Source: Perkinsus chesapeaki ATCC PRA-425
Lineage: Eukaryota > Protista > Perkinsozoa
Length of the DNA stretch: 64,000 bases
Direction of reading: 5' to 3'
Assembly (NCBI GenBank): GCA_013115145.1
Contig: JAAPAO010000002.1
Location: 62,001 to 126,000 of the forward strand
This document shows positions 26,101-40,705 of the stretch, piece by piece. Position 1 is the stretch's first letter; each line of letters opens with the position of its first letter. The notes beneath the pieces were generated by a model. It worked only from the letters and a program-made list of their open reading frames with translations, did not search any database and was not told the origin of the DNA. Made by a program: the position numbers and the translations under genes.

Positions 26101-26437
26101 GTTACGCACTTGTTGATGACATCACCGCCCTTCCCGCAAACAATGCAGAAGTTATAGTGCATTGGCACTTTATCCTTCGCATGCCGTTCTTGAGCGCACG
26201 TATCGCACATCCAACGCCGAATTTTCCTGGGATCGCATCGGAGAGGGGGATAGGTGCATTGTGGATGACATCGGAACCCACAGCTGTGGCACCGTAGAAT
26301 CTAATAAAGAATTCACAAAGCCCGCACAGAGATCCTACCACTGGGCACTTGGCGTCTGTCAAACCCCAACACCGCTGACATTGAATAACCCGTCCTAGCT
26401 CTCCTGCCTCCGCGGTGAGAGGAGGGCCGATGGCCAT
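23149..26437 (-). CDS. KNL2/Mis18BP1-like centromere protein: SANTA, Tudor-like and SANT/Myb domains; multi-exon
   Basis: SANTA: YNWALVF..VIQG..IWATSEIVHVLKEKMVVTRGG|SVVRLRGPY..VMELFEDGLPWDRW (43-nt intron). Tudor-like: VGMRIERKFLEGWIEGSV..HGDHSYEDI. SANT: EWSKEEIDMLYKAV..FWKRVAKAVGTKTAKECSRRY. The 5' start is tentative. Confidence 0.65.
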
Positions 26438-26746
26438 TGCAAAGATATGACCACCTTGCAGGTGAGACAATCTGAATGCTTGACCAGACGTTGAAGGTAG
26501 TCTGGAGCCAATAGCCTAGAAAGCTTAAAGTACTTCTATTAGCATTCCGAGCACGACTCTTTAATAGAGTCTTGGTCCCATGCGGCCTAGGCTATACCTG
26601 TGCTCTTACGGCAATTAGCGCCGCACCTCTGACTCTTCCTTTGACAACAACCAAACTCGAGAGTCACGAAAATGAAACAGTCGTGAACGACACACACCCG
26701 GCGAAAGCCGTCACTCTGTTTAATCCTACACGACAAAGCATGATGC

Positions 26747-28195
26747 TTAGTTACTAATACTAGAATCGGTGGTCCGAGTATCCTCCAAGCCGGCCAAAAA
26801 TCGTCGTATTGCTCGGCAAAGAAGAGGCTTCACTTTGGAGAAGATGCCCACAGGAAAAGGCTTGTCATTATATCTGAGAGATACGAAGTCGTTGACAATT
26901 ACGTTGATCGTTGCTCGGCACCTGATCAAGCACTGCCACATGATCCATAGCGGATAAGGTGGTTCGGCCTGAAGAACGCAGCACGCCCAGGTGCAAGGCT
27001 TGTATATCGCTCGATCGGCAAGCTCTCGGTCACACCATATTCGTCGGGCAGTCGTCAAACAGAAGCTCCCAACGAGCCGAATGACTGCACCTGGCAAAGA
27101 ACACGATGAGAGAGGATATCGATACCATAGCAGCACGGTCTCCCGAATATCGTTCTATCGATTATCACAGATCTTTCAAAGCCCACTTGACGCGAACTTT
27201 AGAAGAAGGGCTCAATGCTTGCTGAAGATGCAAACACTCACCGTCAGAAGTTCGAATCATGCTGTCCATGGTCCAATTGATAACTTCGCCTTGAGAGAGG
27301 TAGATGCCCATTCTAGAAGCGGCACCGCCTCCATCACGCACCACTGTTTTACCAGTAATCAGCATGCGTGTGCGACCATCACAATGTTCGAAAACAGGAC
27401 TCCAGCTGAACTAAGAGCGCGAGCGCTTGAAACACGCAGTGCCTGTCATGTCTCACCAAGTCAAGGGCCCTCTCCTGGCCTCTCTTGCAGTGCCAGCAAT
27501 ATCCATCTGTCATCCGACCGCACCCAAAGTGTGCCTAATCCACAATGGTCGCGAAGCTAGCCTTCGAATAAAAGCTTCGTTCCTACTGCATAGCGGCATC
27601 CAGCGCAGTAGAGAGATAGTCCATCGCCAGCCTTCCCACATTCACAGCAGTAATCATAGTGGATTGGCAAACCACACCGCCAGTAGTTCTCCTGCGCACA
27701 GCCCTCACAGACCCAACCTCTGTGGTCGCATAGGGCGGTATTGAGTTCAGGGAAAGTGCACTTTTGATGACATCGAAAATCACAGAGACAGCATCTGATG
27801 ACCTGAAATTAGAAGTCAGCGAACGACGGTGCAGCAGTTCAGGTATCGTTATACTTTCCCTTGCCTCGCTTTCTGATTACGGCAAACTTGACATACACGA
27901 CCAGAGTGGCGGTATTCTTCAAGTTTTTCCAACTTCGTTGACTGGACGCACTCTTTTCCGTGTCTGGTTAAGCTCGTCGGTGGCCTGCCCAAATTCCCCT
28001 GTCGTCCTTTGAGCCGTTTTGGCAACGGCAGCTTCGATATTTCGTCCTTTCCAATCCTCGACTTCCTCCTGTAGGGTGTTTTTAACTTTATGGGCCGAGT
28101 ATCTAACCGTTTTGGCTCGCTGAGTTCAAGGTTGACCATTAAGTGCAACTCTGCGAAACAAGCAACACAACCCGGCCGCCTCTGCTCGGACCCAT
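26747..28195 (-). CDS. Tandem (double) PHD finger protein; multi-exon
   Basis: Spliced: CQVCRNQKARQGKVIRCCLCDFRCHQKC...WVCEGC, then CCECGKAGDGLSLYCAGCRYAAHFGCG...YCWHC. Two C4HC3 patterns. Confidence 0.7.
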
Positions 28196-28582
28196 TCTCC
28201 TTAAACGAAATAATGTGTAATCTCTTAGACGGGAATCAACATGATTACGAATATATGCCCCACTCCCCAACCCCGACCAACGCAAAAAGATGGCAACTTA
28301 AACTCGATTAGTAGTTGTAGTAGTCGAGAAGGATTCAGTAGTCGTACTTCACTATGGAGACCTCATATGGCGACTCCGTATTATTAATATGTAAATAAAA
28401 TCTTTTGATGGTTGTATTCACGAAGAGAGTGTCCCAAAAGCCCACATTCTAGTTGTGGCATACTTGTGGGACAGGCTCTTGTTGAACATAGGAAAGGCGA
28501 TCAGTTGCGTGATACTAGGAAGCCATTTAAGTGCACCTGAAAAGATGGTTGCTCAATACGACAGAATAGCAGAAAACTACCT

Positions 28583-31500
28583 CTAACTTTTGACAAGCCT
28601 ACACACGCTCTTATGTTTCGGCCAATCTTTTTTCTGGCAGGTGACGCCGCAGTAATACACATGCTTGCATCTCGAACAGGCTTTTGCATTGTTGGCCGAG
28701 CGGCATACAGAGCAGCGCTGCATGGCGTGTGAAGCATTAGGAGTACTGGGCGCTGTGGAAACTGCTGACGGCGCGCCAGTGCTACCACCAAAAGGATTCA
28801 TAGGATTTCCACCCATCCCGAAACCACATTTACCAATTCCCATCAACGAAGCCAGACCCGCTAAGTTATTCATATCGTTCATCATGTGATCAAGTCCGCC
28901 GAGCCCACTGAGCACGTCATTAACCGTCGGTGCCTTATGCCCTCCAACGGGCTCGCTCCCCGCGGTAGAATAGAGAGGGAAGATAATAACCGGCTTGAGG
29001 CACCTCCTCCATGAGGGAGTCGAAGGCAAAATCTTGTAACGTAACCACGAGCGCCAGAATATGTCGGCTTCCTTGCATGACGATTTCTTGTGAGGTTTAA
29101 GAGAGCCGCAAACGCACGCTGTGTCCTCTGGAACGCCTCGACTAATAGCGGCGAGGGACTTGGCGGCAGGTATGTATTCCTGCTTCCAGCACTCCACGGT
29201 ATCCTTCTCAGCAGTGATATGCCTCAAGCCGTCACCTATGCCATTAACCGTCAGGGAGAGGTCGCTGAGGTTAGCATCGTCGGAGGTGACTACACCACCC
29301 CTGAGAACAGTACCATAATTACAGTCGTAGTCCACACAGGTTGCCAGAACGAAGATGATCTCAGTATCTCTGCCGCGACCAATACTGAACAGCGACCGAT
29401 CATATCCATGATCAGGGGATGAGACATCCTCATTCGTGGCAAAATAGAATTGGAATAGAGCCTCGCGTAGTAGGAACCTCGTGGTGATATTAGTGCGAGC
29501 ACTCGGTGGGATCATGCGGCCCCTCAAGCTCGGGTTGGCCCAGATGAACGGTGAGCCCGGCACCCCATTTCTGAGGGCGTCTACAAAGGTATCAGGTACT
29601 CTCGGGATATCCGTCACCGCGTTAGTTGCTATGCTGACATTGCATCGGGGAAGTGCGTCAGCAGCACCGCGACCGAGGGAGGAACATGCCGTCGCCGGAA
29701 TCATCACCTCCACCAAAGCGGCTTCCCTGCCTTTACGTAAGCGAACATCTTTCTCTGCAGCGTCAACAGGTAAGGATAACGAGACTAATTTAGCAGTACC
29801 CAGGCGCACATCAATTGTATTGCTGCATGTGGAGCTCTTTTCCGCTTTAGGGTTGCTACCGTCTTTGAGCTTCTTCGCATTTTCAGAACCACTTAGTTGC
29901 AACATAAATTTAACCACCCCATCGGCCAGCCATTCCCTCCTGGTGACTTTCACAGCGTCGCTGTCGTTAGCATCAGGGTGCAGGGCGACAGTACACCCTC
30001 TGAGGTTCTCAGGGGCCGATACACCCACGAGTGAGACCGGTACCGATATCTTGTTGTAGGGGGGGTCAAGACATTGTAGTTCGATTGCGGCCCTTGTACC
30101 TTCAGCCAAGGCCTGTTTAGCTGGAGCAGATACCATCGAATGATAAAAGCCATCTTCCATGAAGTGTGCAGGGAACTTCTGCAGTGACTGCCCGAGACGA
30201 ACCACCAGGTTAACGAGGTGGTGGTCTGGAGAGGGCGTCATTGCCCTATCTTTTGTCCAATCCCTACAGGTTTTAACGGTTATTTCTGCGAGATCCAAGA
30301 CTCTTTCCGCTCTAGGGTTTTCACTTTTAAATCCACTACGAAGCGTCTCCGCATATACTTCAGCATGCATTCCATTAAGGGCGGAATCACCAAAGAGTCG
30401 TTTCATACCCGATGGAACTTCTATCATAACGCCATTCAACCGAAGCGTGGCTTCGACCAGTCTCACTGCCGTGCCAGGACCGGCCTCTAAGTGTCTGGTC
30501 TCGCTACAACAAAATGTGATGACTTCTCTGAGTGCTGTCGCAAGGTTGGGAGAATCACCAAGAGACACTCTGTCAAAATCCCTCGCACACCTGCGCCAAC
30601 GGATAGGCAACGGCGCCGTTATAGTCATGTAGGCTCGAGCGTTATCAAAGTGACCTCGGATAAGCATTCCAGAGAGACAACGGGTCGGCGCTAGAAGCTG
30701 AGTCCAAGTGAGTGTCACCAACGGACATAGAGTCCAATCGAACGCCCAAAACGAAAGCAACCAGCCATATCGGAGCACCACAAAGACACCGTTCAATAGA
30801 TTCACCCACTTTGACCGATAGAGTCTTCATAACGTCTGTTGCAATAGTAGCCCGCGGGTTATCAGTGGTCTCGGCCAGCAGCGGACTACAACAGAGTAAG
30901 AGAGGTAGCGCCCCAGTATTATCGCTGATGTTGGAAGTGTCGATGTAGTCGAAGCGCATGGGAGCATCAATTCGGATAAATACCCGCTTGACGTCCTTGA
31001 CTTTCCCGAACACAGACGGATACCAAGCTATGGGTTCAGGGTGCAAAGCGTCACATAGAGCAAATCCATCACCGCAATGCAGGACCAATTTATGCTTCCG
31101 AGTTTTAAGGGCAATCGCTGTGGCTTCAGATCGTCTCGCGAAAATCTCGAAGCACCACTGGGGCGCTTTGATAGGCCCGTGCACCGGGCGTATGAACTTG
31201 GTCTCAGGCTTCTCCATGCCCTCAAAAAGCGCTCGAAGCTCATGCGAGACCGAGTTGTACGGATGCGCATGGTAGTGAATCCTCCATATCTTGGCAATAT
31301 GATGCGCAGGTGCATTCTCCAAGGGAGTATCCAGGGCCTTTTGCAAGTCGATGACGTCAGGGAAGAAGGTGGGGTTCACGCAGCTCCTGGATCCAATGGC
31401 ACTCGGAGACAATCTGCGATCGATGGAGCATATCTTAGATAAGGCTACAAAACCCTCATCGAAATACTTCTCAATAGCGGTAGCATAGTCGTCCCGGCCA

Positions 31501-32180
31501 GCGAGGTCAGTATAGACGGAAGCTGCTGGGGGGAGATCACCAATCTTGCCCAGAGCTTCTGAAAACCGATGCCGAATAGCTCTCACACGGTCGGCTGCAC
31601 CAGCGACACCGAATGCGCCGTCTTGCAGACCCTTCTCCCACCACTTCATCAACTTCAAGAGGGAACCAATGTCACCACTGACGTACACACCGTGCTTCCC
31701 CAGAATGTTTTCACTCCACGCGTCCATGTGCTCCAACATGTTCGTGACTTCGGTAATAGCAGTGGCCAGCTCTTGGCTACAAGCCTCGCTAACGAACATA
31801 CAGTTAAGCAGTTCCCACGCGACCACTAGGTTTTCAAAGGGAACCTTGGCATCATTATGATTGAGAATGAGGTAGGAGTGGAGAAGCGAGCGAGCGATCA
31901 GACATGGTTCAATGTCGCACCCGACGACGTGCAGAGGAGTTTCTCGCCACAAAGGATCCTTGCCGCAGCCGTCCGCAGTCTGGTTTAGATGGAACGTATA
32001 AGTAATAGAGGATAGGTCACTGCATCCAAGCAACAGGGCCCGCGTGGGTACCGATGCATTGCGTGACGTGACACAAAGGTCGCGAGGTGGCACATTGGCA
32101 TAAGGATAGAGATAAGTGAAGCGCCCCACAATAGGGCATGATGGAGAGAAAGTCAGGCGGATATCAGGAGTGGAAGCCAT
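28583..32180 (-). CDS. DUF4470-domain / MYND zinc-finger protein (about 1180 aa), two exons joined by a predicted 46-nt intron (30698-30743)
   Basis: N-terminal YPYANVPPRDL..LLLGCSDLSSITYT..VVGCDIEPCLIARSLL; central FDYIDTSNISDNTGALPLLL; C-terminal MYND CSVC..KACSRCKHVYYCGVTCQKKDWPKHKSVC. The GT..AG intron joins ORF 30645-32198 in frame to ORF 28583-30805 (AFVLG|LLAPTRCL). Confidence 0.8.
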
Positions 32181-32665
32181 AAAGATTCCAATGCTCACCG
32201 CACTAACTGAAAAATATCACTGTCAGTGGGTTCCTACTAGGAACATCTTAGCGAGTTTCTACCAAGGAAGGTGTATCCGTTACTGTGCCGAAGAACACCT
32301 CCATCAAAAGGACCGGAACCAAACCCGGCATACTGCTATCACTACTGACGGTTTACACGATCAACGCCCCTAAGGAATAAGGGTCTCTATTGCCCTTGTT
32401 CGAAGGTTAGACGAAAACACTTGAGCGAAGTTCAACCCAATGAACTGTGACCCAATGCTGCCCCTACTCTTTAATTTAATATAAACGCAAGAACGTTCGT
32501 GGAACAAATCGCTCGAGCGAATGCCACATAACAAATGGTGGCAACTTGAAATACCGAAACCGGAAACCCGGTACCGATAATTCCCAGAAACTAATAGGAA
32601 TCTGAAACTCTACGTAAGGCAAGTGATAGCAGTAGGCTATATGAATGATAGGGACGATGGTCGGG

Positions 32666-35265
32666 CTATCGCTGCTCGGTCTGCCAGTGCGGATTCTCCC
32701 ACCACAGGGGCTGTTGCTTGTCTGAGAAGGAAAGCGATCCGCTACAACGGGCTAAGTGCAAAAAGGTCCAGACTCACCACTCTCAATAGGCTTCAAGTAG
32801 GGGCGACCACGAATGTGATCCGCAAACTTCTCCGCCATCATCAACGTCGGTGCGTTCAAGTTACCCGACGTCATTGAAGGCATTGCGCTAGCGTCCACTA
32901 CTCGAACCTAAGATGCACTATATGCACTAAACGGTTTACGTTTGGAAACACACATTTGACGCTCCATAAAGGCGTCCGTGCTCATCAACGACCTTCCCCA
33001 TAGCTGCGGTGCCTGCAAATACGATACCATGGAGCTGCTAGACTTTAGCCGGGCAGCGCTTACATGACAAATGATATGCCGAATGACTGGAGTTTTTGAT
33101 CCACTCGTCGCAAGCTTCATCACTGTTGAGGTCGAGGTCCGGGCCCGGAGCTAAACGGCTCTCCATGTAACTGCGAATAACTAGTATATACCGACAATTC
33201 AAACGAGATCAAATGTAGGGTTCCAGAAGGATCCACGCGGGAACGTGTCCCGCTCTTACTAGTCTTTGAACGCGGGCTGTTCCATAATTTCAATAGTTCT
33301 CCGCAACCCCTCCCGCATGTCTTTCATATCCTCCTCGACAGCTAGGAAGTTAGGATCGATCAGGGGCTCATCTCGAGGGTCCTTCGACACCAACTTGATG
33401 GAACCCCGCGACTGGGGACGCATAGTTCCTCCATGAGCTTGGTAGCCATGATGTGGCAAGAAGTCGAGCTGACCCACCACGCAGCCAGGAATGAAGTGGT
33501 ACTGGAAGTCCGGGTGTCGGATACCCGCTCGTGTTCGTATGAAGCCACCGGTGTCGAAGTGGTTCGATGCTGCCAATCCCGTACCCTTGAGGAACCATTC
33601 TATTCCAGTGAGGGCCTTAAGATGAGGATATCGCCACGTGGCCACCGGGTAGAGGCTGACGGGCTTCGAACAGAGGTATTGGACATAGAACTCCAAATGA
33701 TCCTGTAGATTTTGCCCGACATTTTGACTGGCTATCACTGGGTCAATTGACAGAGACCTCAAGTCATCTGGATCACCTACGCCCGACAAGTTCAGGACCT
33801 GTAGAAACTATGATATCAGAGTCGTCGAGGCATACGTGATTTTACCTGAGGAGTTCCCACTGCTCCCATTGCGAGGATTATCTCTCGGCTAGCTTTCACG
33901 TACCGCAGTTCACCAACATGGTCGATGTACCTATCATACGGCTTCCGGTGATAGTTCAAGTCCCAAAATTAGATGCTACTCGACTCCAACGCAGCGCTTC
34001 TCAGCGCCATCCGGAGATGGCTCCCATACCAGACGATTCACCATCGCTTGTGTAATAACCGAGCCTGATGAGGCCAACATATATCACTTTCACTGGCTCT
34101 ATCGAGACTCACAGTTGGGCTTCTTGGAGGCCTCATTCAGGTATGCTAGACCAGCATGACATCGCTTCCCATCTGCGGTGACCTGACACAACCGCAGGAA
34201 ATCAACTGTATCTCAGTTCTGCTTACAGTCATATCCATTGGGCCGAATCCTTCCTGTTGTTTGCCATTCATATCTTCGGTGTAGGGATACCCAGCCTGGA
34301 TACCAGCGTCGACGAATGCCTTGAATAGCTCATTCCCAGTTGCGCCCCGTCTAACGTACACAGGGCCGCTGCCACCGCGATAGCTACAGAGGGAGATAGT
34401 AGCGGAATAGAGACCAAGCTTACAGATTCTCGCCGAGCTCGTGCGTGGTAGACTTTTTGAAATACGGCAGAACTTCGCTATAAGACCACCCCGAACAGCC
34501 TGAACCAGCCAACCAGATGAAACGGTGGTCCGCCAGGAAGCGGTCTACCTTCCTCAGAAGCCCATCGTTCGAAGTCTAGGGCGTGACCGCGGACGTAAAC
34601 CATCGCATTAATTCCGGATGACCCGCCTGAAACAAGCAACACTAGTTTTGGCACTGACCCGCTGTACAGGCAAGATAACACATTAACAGTATAAATGACA
34701 TTGCTAGTACAAACGATGCAAAGGGTGTTATCTGCATCGCGGCGGTTTCGATTTTTATGGGCTGGCGTCGATATGAGCGGAGACCAATTGTGTACGGGTT
34801 CGATACTTCAGGCGTATGGCTCAAAACGTCGGAAAGAACAGCGAGGGCAGTGACAAGATCCAGCCCGAATGTATCCTTGAGCGTCATCACGATTGCATAC
34901 CTTCACTAATAATATTACCAGTCATCTTTCCCCTAGGTTCATGTAGGCGCCGGTTATTCATGTGTTTCTGTGGTACTGTATGATAGTCCCAATTATATTT
35001 CCTGTTCGCCAAGTTGAACGTAAGAGCAGCAGGCATGGCAGCCTTCCACCAATCCCAGGTGCCCTTGTGCCACCGTCCTGCCTCGATCACAGCCACCTAC
35101 CAAGCTAGCCTACCGCGACCCCCAGACAGATAGTACCTTAACGTCGGGATCCTCGGAAAGCCTTTTGGCCATGACGCAGCCAGCTGATCCAGCCCCAAGC
35201 ACAATATAGTCGAAGTGAGTAGCTGCAGCTACGGAAAGGCACCGGAGGGAGGATCGCGATAACAT
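32666..35265 (-). CDS. CHDH: Choline dehydrogenase (GMC oxidoreductase), probably mitochondrial; multi-exon
   Basis: [95 protein letters not shown]-terminal WQTEQR*. The N-terminus [11 protein letters not shown] resembles a presequence. Confidence 0.9.
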
Positions 35266-35568
35266 GTCGAAAAATGCCTGCCCAGAATTTCCCAACGATG
35301 AGCTTACCACACACCTCGCCCGTTTGTCATACAACACACAAATTTGTTCTCTGTGCAACGTGCTGACAGCTTGATTTCATCAATCAAAGATACAGTCATA
35401 TTTGTTCACTCGCTTTGATGCGACTGGGAGCAACAATAACGGTACAACAAGAAAACCGTGAATCCACTAAAACCCAGTAACCAAAACGAAAAGGAATTAT
35501 ACGTGAGGGTACCTTACAAACGCTTTGCAATTTTTGAAAAGCGAACAACGAACAACGAGTTCATTCAA

Positions 35569-36537
35569 CTACGAGCAGGCATGCACCTCCGACTCTGCGA
35601 GGAGCTGCTTAGTATGCTCCGGCCTTTCGGGTGAAGCATCAGATCCGCCACGCTTACCCAGGCACCCACAACAGAATACGAGCTTCAAGGCCCTGGCTAG
35701 CCTAGCTACGGATTCGCATACCACTCTCGTCACGAAGTCCGTTGAGCCTCTGTACTGGAGTAAATCGATATTCAGTGTGCCGTCCTTATTAGTAAGATCC
35801 CTTAGCATCAGCCAGGTAACAGCGAAGCTCGCTATGGAGCTTGTTGATGCAATCATGATAGTGACGACAATCTGGTACTTGGCAGCCGTGAGCGGGTCAG
35901 CACCTCCTAGAAGCTGTCCGGCCATCATACCAGGAATAGCGACAAGGCCGACTACTGCTAACGTGTTGAGAGTTGGCATCATACCGACGCGAACCGCCTC
36001 CCTATGAATTGGCAGTATAACCTGCTTCGGGTCCGCGGATAGCTCCATCTCAGCCAAGATCGCTGCCTTCTTGTCAACTAGCTGAGTGAGCAACCTATCA
36101 GATGCTAACGATATTGCACTCATGCCATTGTTTGTAAGCATTCCAAGCATGGGGAGATAGTACCGAGGATGCCACCACTCCGATCCCAGTGACAGGACAA
36201 AGTTAGTCATGATTAGGGCCATGGGAAAGCAGCTGGTTGTCATCGCTACTATAACGGTGGTGATGAAACCAGGATACGTGTGTTTAGGCCTTTGGTATGC
36301 CTCAAAGGACGCCACGCCGAGCATGAATATAGTCATTAGGACCACAGGCCATATCTGATCGCTGGAGAAGACCGTAGCGAATAGCAGGCCCAGCAGGAGA
36401 AGCTGGCAGACGCATCTAATGGCGCCAACAACCACTCTCCAGTGAATGTCCAGCTTCATGTAAAGAGATATTATGACGTTGACCGAAAGACATGCCGCGG
36501 CTATGCCGATTCCGCCAGGTGATATAGGAGCTGGCAT
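35569..36537 (-). CDS. UPF0014/YbbM (FetB, STAR2/ALS3-like) ABC-type permease; intronless
   Basis: 322-aa ORF with AIRCVCQLLLLG, PRYYLPMLGMLTNNGM, GMMPTLNTLAVVGLVAIPGMMAGQLLGGADPLTAAKYQIVV. Confidence 0.88.
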   Translation of the reverse strand: MPAPISPGGIGIAAACLSVNVIISLYMKLDIHWRVVVGAIRCVCQLLLLGLLFATVFSSDQIWPVVLMTIFMLGVASFEAYQRPKHTYPGFITTVIVAMTTSCFPMALIMTNFVLSLGSEWWHPRYYLPMLGMLTNNGMSAISLASDRLLTQLVDKKAAILAEMELSADPKQVILPIHREAVRVGMMPTLNTLAVVGLVAIPGMMAGQLLGGADPLTAAKYQIVVTIMIASTSSIASFAVTWLMLRDLTNKDGTLNIDLLQYRGSTDFVTRVVCESVARLARALKLVFCCGCLGKRGGSDASPERPEHTKQLLAESEVHACS

Positions 36538-36802
36538 AGAGACTGGAGTACCCTAAATGTAAGTATCACTGTTGAATGATGATAACCTTAAGCATAAAGC
36601 TGCGGCGCTTCATACTATAAGGTACCGAAATACTTCGATCCTTGTGTAATGAACCCGACGTCGACGAATGTCTTGGTGCCTCGAGGTCAGAGTTAATCGA
36701 AGCTCTCACAAACGCAACAGCGAGCAACCGAAAGACACGAATCATCAGCATTACCATGAACTACGAAAAAGATGAGATTAACCGTGGGAATGTCGACTCT
36801 AT

Positions 36803-40254
<3,452 letters not shown>

Positions 40255-40705
40255 AAGAGCTAGTACGACAAGGCAAACAGCGTTCCAGCTGCCGGAGACC
40301 CCGACAACCACTACGCGACGCTGATGTACAGAGATCTACGGGAGTATTCACGCAGTAATGCAAGCACAATACCGGTTGTCACAAAATTTTCGATAATGCG
40401 ACGATTATGGAGAAGTGAGTTCTTCCGTTAATGAGTGTTTTAACGCGCGCGACATCGTCGTTTAGTTGTGCGCTTTTGCTGATGATCATTTGAGTGGGGA
40501 CCCGTTTTCGCTCCAAGCGTTTTTGCACTAATAATTTGTTAGTATACAGACTATGCTCGCTCCTTCATATACTCCTACGCCAACGGGTGTATCTGTTTCA
40601 ATCAGCTTGTGCTTGCGTATCTGGTGTAATATTTCGGCATTTCTAGGTCGAGCCCGGGCTTATACATTCGCTGTGGGTTAAGGTGGATGGAGTCAGATTA
40701 TTTAT
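40255..40705. promoter_or_regulatory. Divergent strand-switch region (putative bidirectional initiation zone)
   Basis: Separates a 17-kb all-minus gene block from a plus-strand block of at least 22 kb. AT/T-rich, with no ORF of 60 aa or more beginning inside it. Confidence 0.4.

Noticed and set aside
30645-30805. Overlapping ORFs suggesting a programmed frameshift or pseudogene in DUF4470-MYND
   Set aside because: A 46-nt GT..AG intron of typical local size joins the frames and gives a sensible sequence.
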